Shown piece after piece: positions 1 through 13,753 of a DNA stretch of 64,000 nucleotides. This DNA is from Obrimoposthia wandeli (taxonomy: Eukaryota), in NCBI GenBank assembly GCA_977020255.1, contig CDROCS010000192.1, positions 1 through 64,000 of the forward strand, in the 5' to 3' direction. How positions within the stretch are numbered: position 1 is the first letter of the stretch; every line of letters starts with the position of its first letter. The notes under the pieces are model-generated. The model was not told the origin of the DNA. It saw only the letters and a program-made list of their open reading frames with translations, and searched no databases. The position numbers and the translations under genes are program-made.

Positions 1-1335
1 TTGATACCGTCTAGGTGATATGAAGCTCTAACCTCTCAATTGCGTACTGGTTTTTGTATAAAAAACATTAATAAAAATTAAAATATATTTAAAAAAATTA
101 TCTCAATAACAAGATTATCCTGCTTTCCTATTGATCAGTGGTTGCCTTCTCAAGCACTTGCTCCTACACCACCGCCTTTGCTTCCCCCTTGGTGGTTTGT
201 AGTAGCCTCTTCAGCCACTCCTCAATTATCAACGCTGGTTCTTGTATAAAAAACATTCGTTAAAATTTTCAAATCTTTTTTAAACAATTACCTCAATAAC
301 ATGCAGATTTTGCTTGTTTTATCTGCTTGACCTTCGGTTCAAGTTGGGTTTCTTCAATGAAGTAACCGACGGTGCGATATCCAGTTGAAGTTACTGAAGA
401 ACATAATTAAATAAATAATCTAACCTCATTCCAATTTGTTCCATAGGAGATTGTAGCCTTTTTTGAATATTTCAGCACTGTATCGTCTGCAGTTTTAGTC
501 AGAGTAGAAGCATCGAGTTATTTCTGGCCATATAATTTTCTATTGGTTGTGAGACTCGGGGTGAAATTAACCCACTCGTGGATGAATGGAGTCAAGTCCT
601 TGTTTCGATCCTACGGTACCTTATAACTGAAGAGCTCTTCGTTAGAGTCAAGTGCGAGGACTGTCTCTGGTCGAGACAACCAGATCATCTTCCAGATTGC
701 AGCCTTGAAATTGTCGAAGAGATTGCTCCTCGTTGATCTCTTACTACTTCCGTCAAAGCTGATGGATGAGCAGCTTTTGCAGTCCACTGGGGAGTACAAT
801 CTTCCCAATTTTCTCAATTGAATTTTTGGGATTAGTCAGATCGATATATTGGGATCTCTGTACCCCTTCTTTTGCTGCCATTGGTTCTTCTCTCGTAGCT
901 CTTGACTTGGTGCTTCACCTTGCCTCTGCTTTTCTTATCCTTTATCTACCACCGACGAGAGTTTTGACTAAGTAAAATCAATATACTGCTACGTTGTGAC
1001 GTTTGTTTACTGTACTGGAGAGAAATTCCCATACAACTCCACCTCTTTGTCCAAACCTACTTTGTTGAAAAAGGCTTTCGGTTGATTTCTGATTTACGAA
1101 AAATAATGAAAAGAGGCTTGCTTATATACACAAACATCAGACTAACTCTTTCATCGTCCAAATAGACACAGCCCAAATAATTTATTTGGATATCTGTAGT
1201 ATTTGACTACGTTTTTTTGCAACCATGTATCTATATTGCTCATCGACCCACCGCAGGCCCATCACGAAATTTCACCCCACACACATGCACGGTTTTAAAG
1301 AACAGTTGTACACCCCCGGGACATATCCACCTACT
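1..1335. mobile_element. Right end of a degenerate Polinton/Maverick (element A)
   Basis: Ends in ...acatatccacctact (1335), the reverse complement of the AGTAGGTGG terminus at 40229 and 51928. It carries the shared subterminal motif gaaatttcac.ccacacacatgcacggttttaaag (~1266-1300). Confidence 0.8.
102..1000 (-). pseudogene. Degenerate multi-exon Polinton terminal accessory gene, unknown function
   Basis: Minus-strand peptides QRSQYIDL and RSNLFDNFKAAIWK...RPETVLALDSNEELF match QRSKYIDL and RTNIFNN...QPETVFALDSDKDLF at 28.7-29.0 kb. Candidate GT-AG introns at 241-291 (51 nt) and 394-424 (31 nt). Stops and frameshifts are present; boundaries approximate. Confidence 0.5.
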
Positions 1336-1619
1336 TGTGTAACCTGTCTGTCATAATTCAACTATATCATGTCCTGAAGACAAGAGCAAATCGCAAATTA
1401 TTTTTGCATTAAGCTATTGACGCATTTTACAAAATTTTGAACACAAGCTATTTGCAGTTAGCGTATAATTTTCAAGGCCGTCATTGAGTTGAAATGGATT
1501 TAACGGTTAAAATGAAAGTTTATGAAACAAAAAATTCATTTGTTAATAATTCCACAATACCTTAAGCAACTTTGCATGTTCCAATATGATTCTTTCTAAA
1601 TATTGAATTCTTAGAAATC

Positions 1620-1920
1620 TCAGGTTTTTGAATTGAACGTTTCGGATATTTCAATTTTTTGGTAGAAAATGGTCTTTTTTCTAATAGGATTTTTGGAGCA
1701 ATTTATAAGAAATAGTTAGTTTTAATTTTTTTAAAACTATCTATTTTTTATAAATTGACCTAAAAATCCTAAAGAAATAAGACAATTTTGTTCCAAAATA
1801 AAAAATTTGGAATACTAACTATTTCTTATAAATTTACCAAAAAAACATGTGAAAAACACAATTTTCTACAACAAAACTGGAAAGTACGAAACGTCCTACT
1901 TTAAAAAAGGCCAGTCCGAA
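1620..1920. repeat. Degenerate palindromic (foldback/MITE-like) element
   Basis: aatttataagaaatagttagt (~1700-1720) is inverted at ~1812-1833 as actaactatttcttataaatt. Shorter nested inverted matches lie outside (gtagaaaat/attttctac, acgtttcg/cgaaacgt). Confidence 0.5.
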
Positions 1921-4807
1921 ACGGCCTATATTCCTGAAAATCATAACGTTGGTCTGATTACTTTATAATTTTAATAACTTAAATGAATAATTTTATAAGA
2001 TTTAAAGTAATTGAACACTGAACATTGTAATTATTTTATTAATTTTTTAATAAACACGTTATTTAAATAGAAATCTGGGAGGAAATTGCTACATGTATTT
2101 TCTGTTCAAATATGGTTTTACTCACATTTTGTTTATTTTGATTATTGAAACAACGGAAATTATTAGTTAATTTCGATTACTTTACTGACCTATTTATTTA
2201 TTTATTTATTATATCTCTTAGTGATATTAAACTAATGAATATTTGTAAGTAGATTATTAATACTATAAATAAAAAATAAAATGTTATAAATTAATATATT
2301 TTTGATATTATACAATCAATACTACTATGCAAAAATTTTAATTTTAAATACAAATCTGAAATATATTTTCTGCGAACACCACCTATTATGTACAAGTTTT
2401 CTCCTTATGAATAAACTCTAAATATACTTCGTTATCTTCGATTATTTATGCTTCTATCTGATTCACAATTTTTTATTATAATTGTGTTTGATAGGGAGAT
2501 CAATCCCATTTTAAGCTTGGAAATTAGCGGCTACAATTGGTTGATACGTTCCTCTGCCTGTGTTTGGATTCCAATTTCCGCACATGCACTCAATTCGTTT
2601 TCTTGTATTAGATTTCTTTTAGATGTCTGCTAATTTTCTGTGACTAATAAAGTCAAGAGCTTCGATGCAACTCCTGATTCTTCTGTGATTAAGTGATTAT
2701 TTTAATATATATTTTAATTTAATTAAACGTTCCTACACCCCAACATAAGTTCATACGAAGACTTCAAATATGCAGGTCTGTTTACCTAGTATAGAACAAC
2801 AGCTCTTTTATTGGATTGAATTATCTTTATATAATCATTAAGAAATTATTTTAATACTATTACAATAGTTTTATAGTATACATTATACATAGTATATCAT
2901 CATGACGTAAGGTATACTAAAATTTGAAACATTATTTAGAACACTTAGGTTTATCGTACATATACAATATTGGTATCAAACAACGTCTAAAAATACTTCT
3001 ATTTATGAGTGCAATATAAATTTTTATCATCAAAAATATATGTAAATTACATAAAGAATATTAGTAAATTTACAAACTGTGAATAAAACATTTTTGGCTG
3101 TAAAAAATCTTATTATAGTATAAACAAAAGAGTCAAGACAGTAAATGCATTATGTACATCACAATATCACAATAAAAAATTAATCACAAAAATGAATAAT
3201 GTCCATATGTTCTAGATTTACTTAAACCAACCCATTTACGGTTATCATCACCCGAACTTAATACAATATTATTTTTTGAAATTGTAAAAAGCTAGTTATT
3301 AATACTTATAAAATTTTCTTATGGTACCTTCAAGATATCATCAGTTTTAAAAGTATATAAATAAGTACACCCAATCAAATTAATTAGCTCAATTGTAAAG
3401 CTGAATACCAATGACTGGATGTAAAATGGCTACACAATGGCTACAATATGGCCAAAAGTTAGCTACAAGCTGGATATGCTGCTATGTATAGAATATTTTG
3501 GATTTATTTTATGAGTCAAATCAAAAGTCAAATCAAAAGCAAAAGTTAAAAAGTGAGTAATTTATTATTTGAATAGTAAACACATCTTTTATATAAATTT
3601 TTTCAACATCTTTCTTATATGTTTGTAGTAAGCTTGCATATCTTTGTAATCTTCTTAATTTATCCTCTTTAACAATCTTAGTCATATTATTTACTCAATC
3701 TTTAAGTAAAACATGTCTGGTCATTTTCTTTTTAAATATCTGTGAAGTTAGAAACTAACCATTTTCCACACAGGAAATTGGACATAGTCATTGGATTGAC
3801 TGAGCCTCTAGAAAGTTCACCAAGATTTATCTCATTCAATCATTCGCAAGTTTCATGCTGCCGCTGTGATTTTGCGCTTTGAACTGTCTCGCGGACCTCT
3901 TACAATCTTGTTTTTATAAATCTGAATACGAAAATCTCGCAATTTGTTTATTTTTTCTTCATTGTCGTGTAAATATTCCTCCCAATTCATTTAGGCGTCC
4001 ACTAGTATTGGTTTATCTCCTAAAGAGTACCTAAAATCATTGATCTAAGCTAAAAAATACCCTAAATCTAACATTTTTTTATTTTTTCACGAAATGTGAA
4101 TATTTAAACCATACCTTTTAATTCGTTTTCTGCCATATTTATTATTAAAAATTAAAAATATATTGCTTAAATTACCTTTTCCTGCCCATAAATTCGTTCT
4201 AAACGTCAAATAACACATAAAAACTGAGTTTAGGTTGTTTTCTTTTATAGTATTCACTTTTCGTTATGGTATTCATTTTGTTTAATTGTCTTATGTATTA
4301 AAATCACATACCAACATTTTTTCTACCCATGCAGATTAGTGTATGTATGCGTCCATATATTTATGGAATTGATTTTGCGCCAAGTTATTCATTTATGTTG
4401 AATGGTAAGTTTTTATTAGTGTGTGTTAATTGTTAATTTCATTTTACTACGGGTTATGGAATTCAACTTTATATATATGGAATTCAATTTTACTGAGTAT
4501 AGAATAAGAAATTACAGTATTCCATTTTCAAATTTTGACTCATTTATCTTTGAACTATAACATATACATTTTTTATATTATTTAAATTAACGATAACTTT
4601 TGATATTATTGTAATATTCTCCCACAGTTTTGCTTGAGTCCTTGTATTTAATATTATTGTACTCCAATGTATAAGTTGTATTCAAATATAAAGATTAGCA
4701 TGGATAAAACAATAAAACAATAATAAGTATAATTTGTGTAATATTTAAATTATATTTATATTTTTTGGATATTTAATTTATTAAATACTTAAATTTTGAG
4801 ATAATAT

Positions 4808-5336
4808 TCAGTGAAAAGTTTTAATCAAAAAAAAATAATATTTTCAATAGTCACATTATCTGAGTCACATCCATCCATAGGACCGGTCATTTTAAAAACA
4901 TCTGTAAAAATAATATAATATTTAATAATTGGATTAATTATAATATTTTTAAAGTGAAATTTACTGAATTATAAAATATAAATAACATATCAGACTAACC
5001 AAACTCTTTGTATAGGCTGCACAAGTTTGTTTTGTTTTTCAGGGAATGTATGACAGCCATTTGACAGTTAATGTCTCGTTTGCATTTTCTATAGCACTTT
5101 GCCGTTGAATTAATCCTGAACACATGTGTAGCATTCAACCCCTTCTTGGCTCGATAATTCGTCTTCACATTACACATTCCCGGTGGTTTTTTGACTAAAC
5201 TAGTGTCTATTTCACAATCACCATGCTCATTTTGACTTGGCCAATTACATGGTATATATTCTTGGTCAATTAAATATCCTAACAATCCACTGGCCATCGA
5301 AAGTACAATAAAGCTAATCAATAATTCCACCTTCAT
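4808..5336 (-). CDS. Secreted/surface PAN/Apple-domain protein (family A, copy 1)
   Basis: Hydrophobic signal peptide, then PCNWPS..E..DCE...KKPPGMC and PAN-type C..KC...NCQMAV....CSLY. Phase-1 GTTAGT donor at 4999 and acceptor at 4902 give a candidate exon 2 (4901-4808). Clear paralog of 20088-20412. Confidence 0.7.
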
Positions 5337-6202
5337 TTATTATACTTTAATTTCAAATTTCTAATTAGCTAAATCTCAATATTTTACATTTGCATATATG
5401 AATGCATATCAAACTGCATTCGTATTAACATCCTTTGGTACTTAAATTAAATGTAATCAACTAACCAAAATTTGTCAAACAATGGTAGATTTGTTTTGTT
5501 TATAATTTCAGTTTTACTGATATTATCTTGTATGTATAAACGTAACATATTTATACAGTTCAATTTCACATGATATTTATACATCATATTACACATAAAT
5601 TACGTAAATTAATTTAAATAACTACAATTTACCAATTAAATAAGTTATTATTAAGCGCTAAATTGTGTTCTGAATGATATAAGTTTTGAATTAAGACTCA
5701 TTATATTAAATATTACATTTTTCTTAAGCATTAAATCAGGGAACTAATTCTAAAATGTACCAAATGAAATGTGTTAGTAATGACTAGCAGCAAGTTTAAA
5801 ATAAAAAAAGTTACACTTTAAGAGAATAATCCCAAATGGGTAAATCTGAATATAAAAATAATCCATTTTAAATAAATATATATTTAATAGATATCCTTCT
5901 TATCATTCATAATTGCTAAATACCCGTAAACTCAGTAATTTTGAACTAAACTATCAAATTAATTTTGTTTAAATTCAATCAAAGTCAAACTATTAAATGA
6001 TTATTGTTTTGAAGTTATTATTTTTTACACTTAAATATACAGATTATATTAATAAATAAGTTATATTTTATTTTCAAAAAATGATCCATGTTTTGTAATA
6101 TTGTAGAATCTATTACTAAATGTATTATTAAAATATCTTCATAATAAGTCTATTAATTAATGAATGTTTGATTAATATTCTCAAGTACACACATCCAGGC
6201 CG

Positions 6203-6391
6203 TTAATACAGCCTAACCATGACAGCCGGCACTTTAGGCCGTTTCGTTCTGCATGACTCTTCAGACCCAGTGTTATATCCTTCTTCGCAATGGGTAAATT
6301 GCCTGCACAGTCGGAGATAACAAAAAAAACAATAAAAAAACACCGATGTAGCTGATAAAGTCGTTTCTACATACATACAACAAGCATACAC
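6203..6391 (-). other. Possible exon of a Cys-rich membrane protein
   Basis: Hydrophobic Cys-rich stretch VFFYCFFCYLRLC followed by a polar tail and a possible GTTAGG donor. No family recognised. Confidence 0.2.
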
Positions 6392-6419
6392 AAAATATCA
6401 CTTATTTTCGGGTCCAGTT

Positions 6420-7700
6420 TCAAATGGAGTGAACCAGTGGAGATGGATGTGCAGGCAACCCGATACGCGATCATCTTATCTCACCCAGAAACACCCAGGA
6501 AAGTATCCTGCAGTGCCAGATGGAGTTGACCCACTTCACGCAGCCCAATATGTCTCAGTGCGACCAGTTAAATCCTACCTCTGCAGCATTTCCCTCAATC
6601 ATCAAGAACATCAACCAACAGACCGAACTGATGTTACCACTGGCATTTACCCACAAACTCCATATCTTCTTCACTCTGTTCGACCAATCTTCTCCTCTAC
6701 TGCAACAACAACATGCAATTTGCTGCTGTGTCATCAAAATGTCTGTCTGTCTGTGTACTCGTGGGCAAAGTCACATGGGCCAGCATTATTTGGGGCTCCG
6801 GTCGACAGAAACGCACGTGTCAAACGGAATCGACCAGTGTCATTATCGCAGTACCGATGATGCTGTTTTGGTGCGGTGCTTTCTGACAATTGGTTGGCCA
6901 TCTAATGTACACGCATATCATCTCTCCTCTCTCATCTCTCTTCTCCCTGTATTGACAACAGAAGCAGGCAGTAGACCCAATCATCTGTGCTGCAATATCA
7001 TTGTGTCAATCTCCCCAGGTGTGACTTTCTTTCTTCTGGCATCATATCCCTCTACGCCAGTGATTCCCAATCTATGCGTCGCGACACACTAGTGTGTCGC
7101 CAAGCATATATAAGTGTGTCGCGAAAATTGTCTGTAATACGTCCCAGAATTGAACGTTTGTGTGCAGAAAAACAAGCACATATTTCGCATTAATTGATTT
7201 TTAAACGTACGTATTACATTTTGTTATTCAGAATGATTTTGTTATTTAATTTTAGGTTATTCGGACAGTGGTTGCATTTTTTTTTGGTGAGGAGGGAGAA
7301 AAAGAAACTCTTTTATGGAAACTGTAAAACTTTATCGATTTTGTTACAAATATTATTAAAGCGAATAATAAAGTGACGAATTATTTAATAATCCATTTTT
7401 TATTTATTTAGCATTTATATCCATTTGTAACTGGTTTAGTTTCTTAAAATTTTAAATTTGATGTGTCGCGACATTAAGCGAAAAAAAAAGTGTGTCGTTA
7501 TTAAAAAAAGATTGGGAAACACTGCTCTACGCTGTGTCAGTTCCTGCCGAAATAAATTAATGTGTGTTATTGGATCGGCCCAGGAGATTCCCCGATAGTG
7601 CAGCTTTTGTGATAACTCTATCCAGAAAGTAGTGTGTATGATCCAAAGGGTAATTTCTTCCTGTTTCCGGCCCTTTCCGGTTCCTTCAACACTTATAAAA
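6420..7700. other. GC-richer island of unresolved origin, interrupted by a hAT MITE
   Basis: Visibly more GC-rich than its flanks. The minus strand has weak echoes of a non-LTR AP-endonuclease (YREKRDERGEMICVYIR; VGFNWSH) but is full of stops. Confidence 0.25.
7058..7524. mobile_element. hAT-superfamily MITE (467 bp)
   Basis: TIRs CAGTGATTCCCAATCT and AGATTGGGAAACACTG (15/16 match), flanked by a perfect 8-bp TSD ctctacgc (7050-7057 and 7525-7532). Confidence 0.93.
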
Positions 7701-9329
7701 CTGCAGACTTACATCAGAGAAGCACATATTATTGTTTTTTATCCTAGCACAGTTACTTGAAAGGAGATATTATTATTTCAAATTTGGAAATTGTGAAACA
7801 ATCTGAGTTTGCACTCATTCATAATTTTCAGAGGCAATAAACAAACCCAGAAGACTAACAATTTGTGTTATGCTTTGTAAAAACAATATTTTATTATACT
7901 TGAAAAACCCAATTTTAGTTATTACAACGAATATGTTATTTTTGAGGGAAAAAACGCTAATTTTCCTTGACTTTTTGATATTTCAATTGCAATATTTTGA
8001 AGTTTAAATTAATTTTGTAACATTTATATAAACCAATATTATAACGTTCATTATAATTTCTTTTATATTCAAATTCTACATTGAATTTAATATATTTAAA
8101 ATCACAGTTTTAAAACACAAGTAAGAATATAATTTGTAACATTACAAACTTAAAACAAGACTTTTAATCATTTTATTATTTATTTTCTCTTTTAATAAAT
8201 GTATATAGCACAGATTCGTCATCAATTTAATATTATTAATAATTAAAATAAAATATTAATATTGAAGAACATTGTTTAGGGTTATTTTCTTATAAACAGA
8301 AAATGTCCTATAAAGGTTAAAAAAAGTTATGTTTCGTTAAAGTTGAAGAAAGCATTTGGAACAAAATCTTCTGAATCTTTTGAGTAGCTCGGTGAGGCAG
8401 ATAAATCAGTGTATTTTTTCTCAAACTGCGACATGTGAATGATCTAGTTCCTGGATAATGGAGGTTGAGTGAACCGAAAAATACAGGAACTTGAACTTGA
8501 AATTTTTTATTTATTATGACGTTGAGTTAGTAGTATAAAAGTAACTTTCATTAGATCTACTCGAGATAAATCATTTTTGTATTACGTACTCGGTAGAATG
8601 TGGTTTTCCGAAGTAAATTTGGCAAAAACGGTCTGATGTGCTAGAAACATATCATTTGAACACTCAAGTTCTCATAGCAACTGCGACCAAGTTACCTACC
8701 TTTTGGGGTTCTCGATCATTGCGAAGATATATTTTAATTTTCCTGTATGATTTTTTTAATTGACAGCTATAATTTTATTTTAATTATTTTCTTGAAGGTT
8801 CAGTTTTAAAAATATATTAAATTCTGATAGGTAATTAATACCACAAATAACAAAAAATGAAATGTTTTCCGCTGCGTAAAATTAAAAAAATTTACAATTT
8901 GAATTCAAAGAAATTTTTAGAAAACAAAAATATGAAATTTTAATATCGTTTTCCATTGCGTATTTAACTGTTATATCAATTTTTATTAAATCAATATTTC
9001 CTAACCTCTGAAAAATACTGTTTGGGAATTACATTAACTTATCACATGTATCTAAGGAATATTTTAATGTTTGAATTATTATATTAAACAAAATCACTTT
9101 ACTAAACAAGTAAAAAATTGAATTTAGATATATTCAAAGAAATATTCACTAAAAATCAGTCATACTCACACATTCACAATCAGTCAAACATTCCCTGCTC
9201 AATTTAACATTTACATTGCTGTTATCACCCGACATTTTCTTCGCACAGTAGAGCGTTGAAGTATTTGTTGCGTCTTGTAGTAGTATTTTCTTCACTGTCG
9301 TCTCCAGAGTTGCAGCAACTGGAATTCGG

Positions 9330-10100
9330 TTTCTTCGATCACCTTGAATTTCGTAGCATGACCTTCTTGAAATGACCTTTCTTTTACAATACGAACAGCT
9401 TATATTGTGACAATCTAGTCTCGTATATTCAAACTCTTTACAAGTCCAAAGTCGTTTCGTAAAATGCAGATTGTAATTTGAATTTTTGTGGAACGTTCTT
9501 CGATTTTCACATTATTTTCTTTCAATCAGATAGTGACCATTGTCTCTTTTTAGTACATGATTCTGGTGTAACTTATTTTTTACCGTGGACGACGCTGTTG
9601 ATGAGGAGCTTTTGCAAATCATTGATAATTTGATCTCCTTTCTGCATCATTTGGATAACTTCTTACTTTGATAGCAGTTATATCTTCAATTGACGTCAAA
9701 ACCTTTCTGATCGTATCCATCCTGTAAAACGTTTCTTTGATTTCTTTCAAATTCTGAACATTGATTAAATTGAATTCCTTCAATGCAACTGAACTCATTG
9801 AGTTATTTAGGTTGAATATCAGGATATTTTCTTTGCAGATATCATGATTTATAATTCTTCTTGTTCTCTATTCTTTTAGTAAGTATTGACATTTTCTGTA
9901 GTTCTTTTATAATTCATGACCTCCGATAAACACTGGTTCAATGTTTTCTTCTTATCATATTTCTTTGATAGAAACGTCTTGATAAATGTCGCTCGTAAAT
10001 TTTCCAGAGTTTAAGAAATTTTTAAAAAACATGAGATTTAATTTCGAAATTCTTCTATATCTTCACCAATTTTGTAAATCTTGGGAACTGAAATGAAAAA
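9330..10100 (-). pseudogene. LTR retrotransposon (Ty3/Gypsy-like) gag remnant
   Basis: Minus strand gives VPKIYKIGEDIEEF (compare FNIGEDIQKH at 30.3 kb) and a double zinc knuckle WTCKEFEYTRLDCHNISCSYCKRKGHFKKV. Many stops and frameshifts. Confidence 0.6.
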
Positions 10101-13100
10101 ACTACAGTTTCCTGGTGTGAGGGCCATGTTAAAAAAATCGGAGAACAGTATTGTGTAAAATAATGTCATTGATACATTTCATTTGTTAAAATCCAAAGAG
10201 TGGATCCTTATGAAATTAATAGAAAAATGTTTTGGTCTAAAATATCAATATTGGTTAAGTTTAGAGATATCTTAGATATCTTACAGACTCAAGAGAAGTA
10301 AACCAATTTTCACCTATGAAATACACATAAAGATTGAATTAGATACATTTAAAAATCCTTATCTGTGTGAGATATTCTGACGACTCTCGTTTCAATGCAT
10401 ATGTAGATAACTCCACGAAGAAGTTAATAAGATTTTGCACAGCAAATCCAGAAAAATTTGATAGAAAACGTTTCAGCTATGGATGGTCAAAGCTATGTTA
10501 CTTTCAGATACCCCACTGCGATAAATTTTACCCCATTTGGTGGATAATCGCAGGACAATTGACATCTTGGTATTGATAATACGATTTGTGTAGATATTAT
10601 AGTTGCATGCAAAGTCAAGTTTAAGAGTTCGATTGTTTATAAAAGTGTAAGAATTAGGTTCTAACAAATCACAATAATATGCTTTCTCTGCAACCAACAA
10701 TATTTTGATATAAATTTCTTCAAGTATAAGAAGATTTATTTTACGCTTTGCAACAATATTTTAAAATAATGTACAGTGACAAATCAATAAGATCGAAAAT
10801 TTATTTAATTTATTTTGTGAACAATATTTGTTGTGATGAGGTTTTAAAAGAAAATGGTAAGGATTAATAACACAGGTATGAAGAGGAGATAAAAACAGAT
10901 ATTTATATATAACAACATATAGGTAGAGAGTAGTGACAAAGGTAAGCTGAATTGGCTGCTGGCCGATGTTGTTATTGCTGCTGAAATTGTAGCAGCAGCA
11001 GTGATCTCCACATCAGCTAGAAACTGCCGAGATAAGAGATGTTGCAGCAGCAGGATAAGGAGTGACCGCTAGATGCTGTTAATGTTACGGATCGGAGGCA
11101 TGGAGATGACTGGGACAGTTCGCTCTGGATTTTCATGAGTGGTCCCCCATAGGGGCAATTTGTCTTTCCTCAAAACTTGTCTCGACCGGGGTTCGATTTG
11201 GCGAAGAATGGGCCATTATATTATAAGTACTTTACCATTATTAAATTATTATGAGTTACAGATCGTGTCAAAAATATTCAAATTTTGTCGCATATTAATT
11301 ATGCAGTTTCTAAAACAGTCATATATTTTCAATTTACCAAAACCTTCATTTTTCGGAGAGTTGACGGTTTTAGGAATCAACAACTGTTATCGGTACAAAT
11401 AAAAATGTTATTCTTATTTTAAAAACATTTAAAATTATTCTTGTATGGTTAATTAATTTAATTTTACATTTTGATAAAAGTCTTGCATATCTTTTACAAT
11501 AACAATAACAATCTATGATTTATTTCTCAAAAGCAATTTCTGTTTTTTTATGATTTTTCATAAGTCTTAAGCTGATTCTTGAATTTTTCAACATTATTAC
11601 AAATTCTTATATTCATCTCTAGATTGCTGTAAAGATTCAGAGCATAAAGTTCGAATATTCCCTCTGTCAGTTTGTTTCTGAGCATTTCTTAACTAATCTA
11701 CATTCATTATTGTTGCTCCTAAGCTGTATATACATTTTTTGACGAACGAATAAATATCAGTCATTGTGGCTGCGGTCAAGTCAAAGTTTCTCAATTGGAC
11801 AACATAAGTAAGTACAATTTGGTTGGGCTGCATCTGTTTTTGGTGGTCAAACATAGATCGGGTTCCTGCTACCTGTTTTTTTAGTAAGTATGGTGTTTTG
11901 ATTGTCGTCGTGGATACTTTCTGGTTTCAGTTGTAGGCTTATCCGCTATCGAAAGCGGTTAATCGTTGTTTGATTCATAGTAAAGTCGTCGCCGGTAGAA
12001 TCGTATAGGTTTCAATACGTAATGGAGCGCTTAATATGACACGGGTACCAACGTTGCTGGGTCACTGTAGGGTACATAACAGACTCAGTTATTTCTTATT
12101 TAGTCGTTCACCTTTCATCTCGAGGACTAAACCAACTATAAGCCATTAACGTCTTCCCTTAAACAGTGTCACAACTTTTGTCATCACTATTTTGAGAACG
12201 TTAACGTGTGAGCAAGCATCCATTATCTTGGCTGTCTGATGAATACACAAAGATTGCGTTGCCTAAAGCGTCAAAAGCTCTTCGAAATACATCAGAGTTG
12301 TTTTAATTTGTGGTACTACATCGGACTAATTATGTGCTGGTTGCATTGTCAGGTACAATCACCTCACAAATTCCGCCAACTGCAGTGATAATCTCTTCGG
12401 CACTCTCATAAGCCAACATTCGGATTGAAAATTAGCTCATTTTTTGTTGTGAAATCTGCATCCCACAATACATAAATTATCTTAAAATTAAATGAAACAT
12501 TCATAAAATCCAGAATTTTCGGTTAGATAGATAGACGCCAAACTGGACTACATTTGATTCCAATAAATAGTTGTTACTTATATAGAATGTGTTCATAGTT
12601 ATAACATTATTTTATTTCATAGAAGCACAAAAAATAGTTAGGTAGATAATCAATCCATTACAGAATAATTAATCGTTCTTAAGTTGTCTATTCGTATTTA
12701 TGTGTAAGCTGTAGGTGGTTAGGAAAACCCTAGTGTGGTCACTGTTTCGGTACGGAGGGACCATAAACTTCAAAAGATAAAACTTCAGAGATTCTTTATT
12801 GAAACATAAACCATAATTCATCTAAATCTTCATTGATTTAATTTAAACTTTAAAAATACAAACTTTAGTCACATAAATCCATAAAATCGATACTACAATT
12901 TTTATAATAACTTTGACCACCACTCTTTAAAACAACTGCTAAATTCATATTCCTTGAAACTTTTGTTGATCTCCTTCCCTACGCTCACTACCCACTCATC
13001 ATCTCCATCTCATTGCCCCCTTTTTAATTTATTTAATTAATAATATTTTACTGTATTCAATTTTATTCCGTTAATAATAATTAACTCTTCAACAGTCACT

Positions 13101-13753
13101 GTCTGTTGTCTTGTGTATTTTGTTTGACATAATTTATTACTGACGCCTCCAAATATTAAAATACCATGATGGGAGTAGAACATTGAGATAGTCATTAAAT
13201 TGCATTAAATTATGCACTAAATAGGAAAATAGCTGCCATCCTCATTTAGGAAGTTGAGAGCGCCGGATCTGCACTCTGGATCCATCCCTGGTATATATTA
13301 AAAAAATGTTAAGTGTTTGTTTCCATCTTGACATTAACATTTAAAAGTCGAACTTCATCGCATAACTTGAACATTTATTTGCATTCATTAAAATAACACT
13401 GATTTATCGATCCCAGCACTGAATTCCGAAATTTTCCAATGCAACCTGATACTCTGAACTGCCTACTCGAAATCAAAAATTGAAACTTGTCTAATTTGAA
13501 TAAAAAATATTTTTACTTGTGTTTATTTAAAATTCATTATTTATACCATATTGGTATTTATGTTTTCCGAAACTGAAACTGAGGAAGTACGGCAATACAT
13601 TTAAATAAAATGCACTTCCGCAGTTTTCTTTATTTAATTTTCTTTTTGAAATGCAATTTATATTGCAAAATTAAGTTAGAAGTCACAGTTGTAAAAATAT
13701 ATAATATTATTAAATAATCAAATTGGATAGAATCATCGTTTATATGAAAAGCA

